Below, one piece after another: positions 1 to 11,239 of a DNA stretch of 64,000 nt (positions are counted from its first letter, which is position 1; every line of letters begins with the position of its first letter). This stretch comes from Octopus sinensis (taxonomy: Eukaryota), in NCBI RefSeq assembly GCF_006345805.1, contig NC_042999.1:23374001-23438000 (forward strand), in the 5' to 3' direction. The notes beneath the pieces were generated by a model. That model had not been told where the DNA came from, ran no database searches, and worked only from the letters and a program-made list of their open reading frames with translations. A program made the translations under genes and the position numbers.

Positions 1-329
1 GACCCATCTTTAATTAACTTTGGAGACTCAGATTAAGGAGTATTTCTTTAATTCTTTTTTTGTGTGTATGTGTGTGTGGAAGGAATTAGAGATTTAGCTG
101 CTGTCTTTTGCAATTCAAGACTCCGTCGTTAGCTCAAAACTAAATGTTTGTTGCTTCCCCCGCTAAGAAAATTTGAAGAATTTCCAGAAAGAAAGAAAAA
201 GGGTCAATTAGCAAAAAAAAAAACAGATAAAAAACAACAAAAAAACCCAAAAGTTTCCAGACACACCGAGGTGTGATTAACAATAAATTGACACCCCCAT
301 CATATTATCCAACATAGTAATTTACTTAC

Positions 330-383
330 AGCCGTGGGTCCATTTCGCAATAAGTCAGGCGCTGTCTTCGTTTTTGAAGACAT
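330..383 (-). CDS. Putative first coding exon of an unidentified gene transcribed divergently from SDHAF4 (MSSKTKTAPDLLRNGPTA, phase 0); the gene continues off the left edge
   Basis: On the - strand an ATG at 383 opens 18 codons ending exactly at a consensus donor GCT|GTAAGT (329-324). The segment is GC-richer than its flanks. No homology recognised. Confidence 0.6.
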
Positions 384-1049
384 TCTTTCAACTGCAAAAG
401 TAATCCGACAGTTAAAATATCCGCCACTAAAACTACCCGGATGTACGTATTTATTTACAGCAGTAGATACGTATTTTTAGCTTTTTTTTTTAATTTATTC
501 AAGTATAAAAAAAAAAGGAAAAGGAATTAAGTTAAATCAAATTAGATAAGAAATAATTAAAAGGTTTAGTTAATTTCTGAAATATATTCTTATTTGACGA
601 AAATTATGGGAAAAAATATCGATGTAAAGCAAAAAAATACTTTTGACATTTGTTGGCTCAGATAATGTAATGGCTGTGAAAGATTAAATTGTCTTCTCAC
701 TACTGTATTTGTTTACATATATAATGCTAGAAATATAATGCAAGATATCTGGGTCAAAATTGAGGATAACATCGTACCTGAACCTTTAAAAAAAAAACCC
801 AGAAAAATACATAAATTATATTTATTTTAAGGTACAAAAACTGGTGGTCGCATTATATTTGAATATATTTGAGATAGCCCAAAATTTCGTGCAATTTATT
901 AAATATGTATATATACATATGATGTAGATATTTATTGATGGTGAATAAAATAAATAATTTGCTCCGGAGAAGAAAAATGTTTTATATGATGTACGTAAAG
1001 TCGGCTAAGATTTGGCTTCCAAAGTATTTGTATCTCAATATCAACAACG
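384..1049. promoter_or_regulatory. Probable bidirectional promoter
   Basis: 666 bp between two divergent ATG-plus-donor exons. ETS-like CCGGATGT at 437-444. GATGTACGTA at 440-449 and 988-997, each about 55 bp from an ATG. Confidence 0.5.
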
Positions 1050-1095
1050 ATGACCTCGGTCAAATCTGTTTCGCGGCTCAGCTGTCTTTGCCGAA
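1050..1095 (+). CDS. SDHAF4: SDHAF4 exon 1 (mitochondrial targeting peptide MTSVKSVSRLSCLCR, phase 1)
   Basis: ATG at 1050, then 46 nt, then donor GTAAGT at 1096. Phase 1 matches the acceptor at 8789 (A|GT = Ser). The peptide is Ser/Arg-rich with no acidic residues, as expected for a presequence. Confidence 0.8.
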
Positions 1096-2417
1096 GTAAG
1101 TTCCTTGTTTTTTTGTCTCCACATATACACCACAGACATGTATATATACTTACACTCACACACACAAGCACTAAACCCCGGGTGTGCGGTATTCTTTACC
1201 TTCGTTGCATAATTACATAATTGTGGTCTTCGACTTTGTTTCCTCATAACTCAGTGAAAATACGTATTTTTTAAAATGAAATTTTTAAAAAATACTTTTC
1301 AGAATGGCATAGATTACGATTATATAGGATTTTAATGCGAAAAAATAATTGGTAGACGTACACACACACACACACACTCACACACATACATACTAACACA
1401 TAAATATTATTCTCTATAAATTTAGACTTCTAATAACAAACCTGTGTTGGTTTTTAAGAGGGAAAATGGTATTTGAGAACGATTTCCTGCACTGCAACAT
1501 GAAAATAAATATACCGTCAATTACATAACAGAAATAAACAAGGATAAGACATCTTCAAACATGATACACCTAAACCACATGTTCTCTGAAACAAACTCAA
1601 CTTCAGACAACTATACAAGGAAATAACAAGAAGGAAATCATAGAAAACCAGAAAACTGGAAAATATTTGTATCCAACGTAACCCCCGCCTCCAACTAATA
1701 ACGAAACAATATATCGATAATGCTCAATAATTTTGGTAAATTAAATCAGAAAATTGGACAAAAGGGAGAACACAATTGAAAAAAAATCAAGACGATCTTT
1801 CGTTACGAGAACACACGACTGCTAGTTACAAACCATGTGTGTTTATATACATTTGTGAAGATGATCGTTGTTACTAGTACCGTAAGATGGCCAAAATTAA
1901 AAAGGAAAAAACCAAAACAATTCACCACCTTAGGATGAAAAGTTGGGGGCGCTGGGAAACCTCTATAAGGGCTATTGAGGCACGCCTGTAGAGTTGCCAC
2001 GGGTGATGACGAGGCTGATGCACTGGAACAGCCAAGCGCCCTCACAAGCCTCAACAATATATTATAACAATAACAACATCCACAACATCGAATGATGCAT
2101 CAATACCATATTTTTATTGAAATATCCTGTCTTTGTTTTAATTGATTTTGAAAATAATGAAGAATTTAGTAAGATAACTATGTCATTATCAAGCTTGTGT
2201 TTGGAATATATATTAGCACGACATTTTGAAGGTAACCCTTTTGATGCCACCCGCTTGAAAACGTTATTGGTTCTATGATACAAATTTTACATCAAAATTT
2301 CATGTTTCATGTTAATTTATATTTCAAACAGCAGCTTGATAACGACTAAGTTATTTTACTAAATTTTTTTCGTTATTTTCAAAATTAATAGAAATAAATG
2401 CTGTATATAATAACAAA

Positions 2418-3385
2418 AGATCTCTGGAAAATCATCAAGCAGAAACTATGCTATTAGGTTAAATAAAAAAAAAAAAAATTACCGAAAATTACGCGCCTTT
2501 CACCTTGACCAAGATTTTGTCCCATTCCTTCTATCCTACACTGAAATAGAAGCAGGGAGAGCTAAACACTGAAAATCATTTGTATATAGCAACAAAAGGG
2601 TATCTCTCGAAAATCATCTAGCAGAAACTACGCTATTAGGTAACCCCCCCCCAAAAAAAAAAACAGTGTAAATTATGCACCTTTCACCTTGACCCAAGAT
2701 TTTGTCCCATTCCTTCTATCATACACTGAAAAAGAAGCAGGGAAATCTAAACACTGAAAAGCCCCATGACCAAATAAAATCACAAATCGTATATACCTAA
2801 AGCACCTTGCACATTACAACGCTTAACAATACCAACATCATTTCAAACATGTCATCATCATCATCATCGTTTAGCGTCCGTTTTCCATGCTAGCATGGGT
2901 TGGACGGTTCAACTGGGGTCTGGGAAGCCAGAAGGCTTCATCAGGCCCAGTCAGATCTGGCAGTGTTTCTACGGCTGGATGCCCTTCCTAACGCCAACCG
3001 CTCCGTGAGTGTAGTGGGTGCTTTTTACATGCCACCCGCACAGGTGCCAGACAGAGCTGGCAAACGGCCACGAACGGATGGTGCTTTTTATGTGCCACCG
3101 GCACGGGGGCCAGGCGAGGCTGTTGAAATATTCTGCAGTAAGTGTCCAAGGTTGTTTGTATCATTGTTACTTGACCTGCCTTACCTAGCAGCTGAATCAC
3201 CCACAAATCACAATGGATAATATAAGCCAGTGTTTAGATCTCCCTGCTTCTTTTTCAGTGTAGGTTAGAAGGAATGGGACAAAATCTTGATCAAAGTGAA
3301 AGGTGTGTAATTTTTGCTGTTTTTTTTTTTTAACCTAATAGCATAGTTTCTGCTTGATGATTTTCGAGGAATACCCTTCTGTTTC
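2418..3385. repeat. Approximately 160-bp unit present as two direct copies (2418-2574, 2594-2760) and one inverted copy (3228-3385)
   Basis: Shared core gaaaatcatc.agcagaaacta.gctattagg...caagattttgtcccattccttctatc.tacactgaaa, with its reverse complement at 3228-3385. Confidence 0.85.
2850..3115 (-). mobile_element. RTE-type LINE/SINE 3' tail ending in (GAT)n
   Basis: Reverse complement of ttggcgttaggaagggcatccagc...catgctagcatggaaaacggacg plus (gat)n. The same tail ends the RTE copy at about 15735. Confidence 0.7.
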
Positions 3386-3427
3386 TAGCAGATGAAGCAT
3401 TACTTATCCAATATTCAGTGTCTCAAA

Positions 3428-3634
3428 GGCAGAAACGTTAGCGTGCTGGGTGACATGCTTAGCAGTATTTCGCGTCTGTCTTTACGTTCTGAGTTCAAAT
3501 TCCACCGAGGCCGACTTTGCCTTTCATCCTTTCAGGGTCGATAAATTAAGTACCAGTTGCATACTGGGGTTGATCTAATCGACTGACCCCCTTCCCAAGA
3601 ATTTTGGGCCTTGTGCCTAGAACAGAAAAGAATA
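3428..3634 (+). mobile_element. tRNA-derived SINE, family A (central gcctttcatcctttcggggtcgataaa..gtaccag domain, Meta-domain-like)
   Basis: Degenerate A/B boxes (gttctgagttcaaattcc). More than 12 similar copies occur in the window. Confidence 0.85.
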
Positions 3635-3778
3635 TTTAGTGTCTTGGAGTAGCATGTCTTCTCTGTCATTGTATGGCATGTATATATCAAAGTCTAAATA
3701 AAAACAATTCAGAAGATTAGAATATTTATTAAACCTTGCCAGCGCTTGAAAAGAAGATATAGAAACATCTACATTGTA

Positions 3779-4174
3779 GGTGCAGGAGTGGCTGTGTGGT
3801 AAGTATCTTGCTTACCAACCACATGGTTCTGGGTTCAGTCCCACTGCATGGCACCTTGGGCAAGTGTCTTCTACTACAGCCTTGGGCCGACCAAAGCCTT
3901 GTGAGTGGATTTGGTAAACGGAAACTGAAAAGAAGCCCGTCGTATATATGTATATGTGAGTTTGTGTGTCTGTGTTTGTCCCCTCAACATCACTTGACAA
4001 CCGATGCTGGTGTGTTTACGTCCCTGTAACCTAGCGGTTCGGCAAAAGAGACTGATAGAATAAATACTAGGCTTAAAAAGAATAAGTCCTGGGGTTGATT
4101 TGCTTGACTAAAGGTGATGCTCCAGCATGGCCACAGTCAAATGACTGAAACAAGTAAAAGAGTAAAAAGAGTAT
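3779..4174 (+). mobile_element. tRNA-derived CORE-type SINE, family B, full length
   Basis: Head ggcgcaggagtggctgtgtggtaag...ggttcagtccc, CORE-like ccttgggcaagtgtctt, and tail gctccagcatggcc.cagtcaaatgactgaaacaagtaaaagagta. Confidence 0.9.
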
Positions 4175-4337
4175 TGCCTCTTGACCAGCTAGAAATAGCA
4201 ACCAGATCTTCATATCATACCCATCCATTGTTAAAAAAATGGAAGGATCCAATAGATAATTTTATCTTAGAAACATTGGAAGAGGATGATCACTGCCAGG
4301 ATGCTTTTCATCGTACGGTCTGCTCAGTCAGGGTTGT

Positions 4338-4569
4338 CAATTGATGTTGAGGGGACAAACACAGACATACAAACTCACATATACATATACATACACATAT
4401 ATATGACGGGCTTCTTTTCAGTTTCCGTTTACCAAATCCACTCACAAGGCTTTGGTCGGCCCGAGGCTATAGTGGAAGACACTTGCCCAAGGTGCCACGC
4501 AGTGGGACTGAACCCAGAACCATGTGGTTGGTAAGCAAGCTACTTACCACACAGCCACTCCTGCGCCTA
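4338..4569 (-). mobile_element. Family B SINE, 5' half, inverted relative to 3779-4174
   Basis: Reverse complement of the first ~230 bp of the family B copy. Confidence 0.9.
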
Positions 4570-4875
4570 CATAAGTAATAACAGCTACAGAAATAATTAT
4601 GTATATATCTTTTTGGGTTTTTTTCCTCCTTTTACTTGTTTCCATGGCCGTGCTGGGGCACTACCTTGAAGAGTTTTTAGTCAAATGAATTGACCTCTGT
4701 ACTTTTTTTTTTAAGCTTGGTACCTATTTTATTGGTCTCGTTTTGCCAAATTGCTAATTTATATGTTTTCATTAAATGTAAGAGTGCAATATAAGGAAGA
4801 CTTGGCTGCTAATTGTAGCAGGTCTAACAACCACAGAGAAGTACATCAGTAATTCTTGGGAGCCAAAATTATTTT

Positions 4876-5051
4876 TGGTGGCACGTAAACGCACCCACTA
4901 CACTCTCGGAGTGGTTGGCGTTAGGAAGGACATCCAGCTGTAGAAACTCTGCCAGATTGGAGTCTGGTGCAGCCATCTGGTTCGCCAGTCCTCAGTCAAA
5001 TCGTCCAACCCATGCTAGCATGGAAAGTGGATGTTAAACAATGATGATGAT
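4876..5051 (+). mobile_element. RTE-type 3' tail
   Basis: Same tail as 2850-3115 in the opposite orientation, ending atgatgatgat. Confidence 0.7.
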
Positions 5052-5117
5052 TTATTGAAATGAGAAGTCAATGGGTGGAAGTAGATGCATTGAGAATTAC
5101 ACATAAGCAATAATCGA

Positions 5118-5360
5118 GGGATCACAGGTTCGAATCTCAGACTGGGCGATGTGTATGTTTATGAGCGAAACACCTAAGTTCCACACAGCTCCAGCAGAAG
5201 GTAATGGTGAACTTCTGCTAACTCTTTTTGCCATAACTTTCTCTCACTCTTTCCTCCTGCATCTAGCAGCTCACCTGCGATGGACCAGCGCCCTGTCCAA
5301 TAAAACTGGGAAACTGGCCCTTATGCACCAAGCCTGGCTCTAGAAGGACCAAACAACAAT
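5118..5360 (+). mobile_element. SINE family C (head 1 plus V-domain-like tail)
   Basis: gagcgaaacacctaag head segment plus cctgcgatggaccagcgccctgtcc. A second copy lies at 39195-39510 on the - strand. Confidence 0.7.
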
Positions 5361-5364
5361 AATC

Positions 5365-5578
5365 CTTTCTACTATAGGCACAAGACCTGAAATTTTGGGG
5401 GAGGGGGCCAGTTGATTAAGTTGACCCCAGTATGCAACTGGTACTTAATTTATTGACCTTGAAAGGATGAAAGGCAAAGTCAACCTCAGTGGAATTTGAA
5501 CTCAGAATGTAAAGATAAATGAAATACCATTAAGCATTTCGCCCGGCATGCTAACGATTCTACCAGCTTGCCACCTTA
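5365..5578 (-). mobile_element. Family A SINE
   Basis: Reverse complement of the family A consensus. Confidence 0.8.
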
Positions 5579-6031
5579 ACACATAGGCAATAAGGCAGTC
5601 ATAGGATTAAATCCTAACAGTCGTTATTGTGTTGAATAGAATTCTTTTGGTATTTGTTTCGAGGGGGTAAATATCTACAAGAAAAAATGGAAACATGATA
5701 TCTTGAGACATCATGAGGCAACGATTGAAAAAGGGTGAAAGAAGATAAGTTGCTGTAAGAAGCAACTATCTGCCATAGTTGTAAAAGAATGGCAATTCTG
5801 TTTAACTGTTTCATTATCATATTTCTAATGAAATTCACTGCATTCATTTCAATTAATTGTGAAAATAATGAAGAATTTAGCAAAATGATTTTGCCCTCAG
5901 TATGCTGGTATTTGGAATATAAATTAACTGGAAATTTTGATGAAATATTTTAATTTAGGTCACTTTAAAACAGGAAATTTGCATCATAGAATCAGGGGTG
6001 GCCAGGTTAGTATCAAAAGAGTTGTGACGCG

Positions 6032-6388
6032 CAAAACGCCCCCCCCCCGTCCAGTGGATGGTGCTGAGTTGTCAAACATTTAAACCATACTTTCTCAAAA
6101 CAATTTGTCCGACTGTCCCATAGGCCTCCCCTTTGAGAAACACTAATTTAACCTAAATTTGAGACACCAGCAAAATAAGAAATAAAGATAGACTTTTTTT
6201 CTATTCCAAAGAATGCTTTATCGATTGCATTCTCACCTGGAATCGATTTTTGTAATTTTTTCAAAACTTATACACGCCCTGATACCGTTGGTATCTACAT
6301 ATCAAATTTGAGCGCAATCAGATGGAGGATGCCCATGATACTAGAAGACACACACACAGATAGACAGAACAGATTTAATATAATAGAT
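6032..6388 (+). mobile_element. Non-autonomous element, Helitron/Helentron (HINE)-like
   Basis: Homologous to 60105-60938. Ends in (CA)n-gacagaacagattt.atataatagat, as HINE/DINE-type elements do. The classification is tentative. Confidence 0.5.
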
Positions 6389-6594
6389 TTGGTGGTTAGT
6401 GTATGTGGCTCATGATCGTAAGGTCATGAGTTTGATTCCTAGTGACGTGTTGTGTCCTTGAGCAAAACACTTTACTTCACATTGCTTCAGTCCACTCAGC
6501 TGGCAAAAATGAGTAGTACTTGTATTTCAAAGGGCCAGCGTTGTCACACACTGTGTCACGCTGAATCTCCTGAAGAACTATGAGAGGTGTTCAT

Positions 6595-7582
6595 TAAAGA
6601 TTTCCCCTGACCCACTTCCTGTTATTGCAGGAAACGGAACTTGTGCAGGTATAATCATACATGTCACTGGCACAGGGGCCAGAGGAGATGGCATCGACCA
6701 AGTTCAGATGGTGCTTTTTACATGCTACCTGCATGAGGTTCACAACTACAATTTCCATTTGATTTGATTTTTGTATTGCTGATGTTGATGTCTTGACTCA
6801 ATAGGTCTGCCTCATGCACGGCATGTCACCCTACGATCCAAGGTACTTTTCAGTGGGCTGGTTATGCGAGCACTGTTATGGTTGATGGATGATATTCATG
6901 AAATCTTCATTGTGATAAGTGATATGTGAACAGTCCACATGTAGATTTACTTCTGAAATGAATGAATTTGCCAACCGGTATTTTCAAATGGGTTTTGGGG
7001 TCCAGTTACTGCAGAGTCACATGTTGAATCTGGTGGCAAAATGGTCAGTCCTAAAATGTGAAAATTTGTGGAACTTGCCAATTGGATAAAAGATTTCCCC
7101 TGACCCACTTCCTGTTATTGCAGGAAACGGAACTTGTGCAGGTATAATCATACATGTCACTGGCACAGGGGCCAGAGGAGATGGCATCGACCAAGTTCAG
7201 ATGGTGCTTTTTACATGCTACCTGCATGAGGTTCACAACTACAATTTCCATTTGATTTGATTTTGATATTGCTGATGTTGATGTACTTGACTCAATAGGT
7301 CTCCTCATGCACGGCATGTCACCCTACGATCCAAGGTACTTTTCAGTGGGCTGGTTATGCGACACTGTTATGGGTTGATGATGATATTCAAGAAAGCTTC
7401 ATTGTGATAAGTGATATGTGAAAGTCACATGTAGATTTACTTCTGAATGAATGAATTTGCCAAACCGGGTTATTGCATGGGTTTTGGGGGTCCAGTTACT
7501 GCAGAGTCACAAACTGTTGAATCTGTGTGGCAAAATGGTCAAGTCATAAAATGTGAAAATTTGTGGAACTTGCCAATTGGAA
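6595..7582. repeat. Tandem direct duplication of about 493 bp
   Basis: aaagatttcccctgacccac... at 6596 and 7089. Both copies end in ...gaacttgccaattgga. Confidence 0.95.
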
Positions 7583-8419
7583 TTAAATACCATGGAAATT
7601 AGTATATTTTATTCTTATAATTAATTATATTCGTTTACAGTATTGGTCCTTACTTTTATAATTAAACACGGATAGACTGGGTAATGGCAGTCTAAGCACT
7701 GCTTACTTGATTATAGGTTGTCTCAAGGTTGATGTGGGACTAAAGAACAGCATTCTCTTTTTATTGGAATCTATATCAGAAATTCTGATTTTTGGCATTA
7801 TAAAGGTTATTTGAATAAACGAATATTGATTAAAAAAATTTATAGGAGATTTTAAAAGAATATTTCTCGATAAGTGCCCTAAATCTCTGGGGTTTCAGCT
7901 CATTAATTTTTTATTTTTTTGGTTCAGGAAATTTGACAAATGGTTAAGAGTACTCTCCCTTGATACAAGACTGTGATGCTTAACTATAACTTGAGTTTAA
8001 AAAATTGTTTTATCTTTGAAGATGTATTTTTATCAACGTTGCTGCGTTTTGTTTTCACCAATAAGGTTTCAATATTTTTAAAATTTGGGAAACGTATTTC
8101 AGCAATTTACATTAATTTTTATTGATTTGCATGAAAAATTAGTTTTAAAAGTACTGTATGTGATGGCAAAAATGATATACTTCCTAAATAAGGTTGCAAA
8201 AAGATCACCCAGGGTCCTAAATGCCAAGTTGAAGCTCCCATAAGTTTTAATGCATTTAAATCCTTTTGTTCTGAATATTGTTGTTGGCATCCTTTTGTAT
8301 CGGGAGACAATGGAGTTGCGCATAAAATAATCTAGTCCGGCTTTTATATTTCATGTCCTAATACATCTCCTGCTGTGGCTGTGTAGTCCTATCCTGGAAA
8401 CCCCCCCCCCTCTGGCAGG

Positions 8420-8550
8420 TGCCGCAAATGTAGCGCATCCCTGAGTAGGTCATCGGATATGCCAGGGCCCATGGTCCTGACGTTCCAGCTTGCTAACCGC
8501 AGGACTGGTGGTTTCTTGTCTTTTGATTGTTTGCCTGGCGCAGAGGTTGC
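8420..8550 (-). pseudogene. RTE-clade LINE APE-endonuclease N-terminal fragment
   Basis: Translates GKQSKDKKPPVLRLASWNVRTMGPGISDDL, which carries the LRLASWNVRT start motif of RTE endonucleases. Confidence 0.75.
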
Positions 8551-8647
8551 AGGCCATTTTTCAAGTCAAACTCTTAGCTCCAAGCACCCAATGAAGCAGG
8601 TGACATGTGGCTTAGGGTTAATTGTCTTTGCTTAAACCTCTTCAATC

Positions 8648-8728
8648 TTTAATCATTGGATTGTGGCCATGTTGGAGCAATTCCTTGAAGAGGAATTGCT
8701 CCAGCATGGCCACAATCCAATGATTAAA
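8648..8728 (+). other. 38-bp stem / 5-nt loop inverted repeat built from family B SINE tail sequence
   Basis: 8648-8685 pairs with 8691-8728 with a single U-G wobble. The loop is TGAAG. Confidence 0.95.
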
Positions 8729-8789
8729 ACAAATCGAAGATAAAAGAGTAAAATATCTTTCCTTTTTTTTCTTTTGTTTTTCATTACAG

Positions 8790-9079
8790 GTTTTCTTGGC
8801 CATTCTTCTTCAAGAATTCCTTCATGTGCTGCAGTACCATTTCGAGGGCATTCACATGACTCCTCTCATACACCTAAAAAGGGAAAGACCCCAACCGGAA
8901 AACTTGATGATCCTTGGTCTGACCTCACTGTAGATCAACAGCCCTCTGTTGAATATAAACCTCTAGAGAAGTTTCCTGATAACACCAACCCACAGACAGG
9001 GGAAATTGATGGACCACGTGGACCTGAGCCCACTAGATATGGCGATTGGGAAAGAAAAGGACGTGTAACAGACTTTTAA
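8790..9079 (+). CDS. SDHAF4: SDHAF4 exon 2, succinate dehydrogenase assembly factor 4 (DUF1674)
   Basis: Polypyrimidine tract plus ACAG acceptor (8788-8789). The C-terminus ...[30 protein letters not shown] is the signature of the SDHAF4/Sdh8 family. The joined product is about 111 aa. Confidence 0.95.
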
Positions 9080-9150
9080 TTAGTAATAATTGGTGTGGAG
9101 ACTTAATATTTTTAATTGATAGTGGAAGCAAAAAAAAAATTATTTAAAAA

Positions 9151-9224
9151 AATAAAGGACATTGTTATATTGGTTTATTCATTGGTTAGTACAACTCCCT
9201 TAATTTATTGTTGTTTGCAATAAA
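9151..9224 (+). terminator. Candidate polyadenylation signals for SDHAF4
   Basis: AATAAA at 9151-9156 and 9219-9224, the second followed by T/GT-rich sequence. Confidence 0.5.
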
Positions 9225-9550
9225 ACTTTGTTTTTAAGAAATGATTAAACATTCTCAGGAAGATTTAGCATAATAAAAACAATATGTGACTATTCAGCTA
9301 AACCTGTTTCTTCTTTTTTTTCTTCTTGTTTCAGTCATATGACTATAGCCATGCTGGAGCACTGCTTTTAGTCAAACAAATCGACCCCCAGTTAAAAAAC
9401 TATATTGTTTTTCAGTGATTATTTATTTCAATTGTGGCTGGTTTGTTTTGATTCTTCCAGACATTTAACATTTGAAAATTAGCTCAGGTTTAGCCAAGCA
9501 AATGAATGAACCCATGTCTAGCTATCTGCTATGGGAATTATACTCTACAT

Positions 9551-9934
9551 GGAGGCGCAATGGCCCAGTGGTTAGGGCAGCGGACTCGCAGTCATAGTAT
9601 CGCGGTTTCAATTCCCAGACCGGGCGTTGTGAGTGTTTATTGAGCGAAAACACCTAAAAGCTCCACGAGGCTCCGGTAGGGGATGGTGGTGATTCCTGCT
9701 GTACTCTTTCACCACAACTTTCTCTCACTCTTACTTCCTGTTTCTGTTGTACCTGTATTTCAAAGGGCCGTCCTTGTCACTCTTTGTGTCACGCTGAATA
9801 TTCCCGAGAACTACATTAAGGGTACCCGTGTCTGTGGAGTGCTCAGCCACTTACACGTTAATTTCACGAGCAGGCTGTTCTGTTGATTTGGATCAACCGG
9901 AACCCTCGTCGTCGTAACCGACGGAGTGCTTCCA
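9551..9934 (+). mobile_element. Full-length tRNA SINE (head 1 plus tail D)
   Basis: A box tggcccagtgg, B box ggtttcaattcc, 3' end ggaaccctcgtcgtcgtaaccgacggagtg. Confidence 0.85.
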
Positions 9935-10364
9935 CACTATACTCTACATTTAGTTCAGTTCTAAGCTTGGCTGTGTGGTTAAGAAGTTCATTGTGCAACT
10001 CTGTGAATTTGGGTTCAGTTCCACTATGTAGCACCATCAGAAGTTTTTTTTTTTTTCACTATTGAAAATGTAACACATTGTCTAGTCCAAGAATTGAAAC
10101 CACAATCTTCCAGTCATGATTTCAATACCCTAATCACTAAGCTATGTGCCTCAGGAAGTGGCTACTGAGAATCAAACCCAGTACTTCTCAAATTCTGAAT
10201 AAGTGCTCTGTGCCATTAAGCTAAGTGACCTCTGATGCTACTCACCAATTTTGATACTACCAAGTATGATGCTATTCAATTTTCCCCCCAATAATTGTTT
10301 TGTATTACATACCTTGTGTTACATATGAGTAAATATTGTAGCTCAGTTCTAATTCCCTTAGGAG

Positions 10365-10725
10365 GAGCACTCTGTCGGTTACGACGATGAGGGTTCCAGT
10401 TTTCGCTCGCTAAACATTCAGAACGCCCGGTCTGGAAATCGAAACCGCGATCCTAAGACCGCTGCCCTAACTATTGGGCCAATTAAGCCTCCACACTCCA
10501 CAAACACGTGTACCTTTGACATTGTTCTCAGGGAGATTCAGTGTGGCTCAGCATGAAAGGCTGTCCCTTTCAAATACAAGTACAACTCATTTTTGCCAGC
10601 TGAGTAGACTGGAGCAACGTGAAATAAAGTGTCTTGCTCAAGGACACAACGTGTCGGCAGGAATCGAACTCACAACCTTATGATTGTAAGCCGAATGCCT
10701 TAACCACTAAGCCACGCGTCTTCAC
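10365..10725 (-). mobile_element. tRNA SINE (head 2 plus partial tail D)
   Basis: Reverse complement of gcgtggcttagtggtta...gttcgattcc...ccttgagcaagacactt...cagctggcaaaaatgag. Relatives lie at 6390-6580, 37235-37550, 39600-39900 and 54478-54795. Confidence 0.8.
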
Positions 10726-10849
10726 ATTCTAATTCACATATAGCATTGAAGTAGGAAAAAAAAAAATTACGTAGTAACAACTCGGATCTAGCAATACAGA
10801 TAAACTAGTTTTCCTTTATTTGATGTCGGTATCATACTCTGCAATGGAT

Positions 10850-11212
10850 AATAATAATAATAATAATAATAATTGTGTACAGTGCTCAGGTGCACTACAA
10901 CTCATCTAAAGTGTATATATAATCAGGTGTAGTTTCGGCGGATTTCGGAAAGCATGAGGGCCTTAAAGGATGCAGTGTCATGGCAGTCAACAACTGACGC
11001 AGGCAGTTTATTCCATGCTTCAGCAACTCTGAGCGTGAAAAAATGTTTCCGAAAGTCATGGGAGCTGTGTTGTTTTCTGACTTTGTAGGCATGTCCACGT
11101 GTGTTAGACACATGGAGATCAAAAAGGTGTTCAGTGTTGTTGTTGGTGAGGTGGTTGATAACTTTGTGGGTGTTTACCAAGTCCGTCGCCAAGTGTTTAC
11201 CAAGTCCGTCGA
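10850..11212 (-). mobile_element. CR1/L2-group LINE 3' end
   Basis: ORF end TRGHAYKVRKQHSSHDFRKHFFTLRVAEAWNKLP matches the CR1 C-terminal motif. (ATT)n tail. Confidence 0.85.
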
Positions 11213-11239
11213 GCATTGAAGTAGGAAAAAGAACGTTTA

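Noticed and set aside
1803-2057. ORF MLRLVRALGCSSASASSS..., which resembles a mitochondrial presequence
   Set aside because: It is antisense within the SDHAF4 intron, has no convincing splice donor, and runs into AT-rich repeat sequence.
8774-8789. TTG start of the 101-aa ORF in the ORF track
   Set aside because: It lies in the polypyrimidine tract and acceptor. The real N-terminus comes from exon 1 at 1050.
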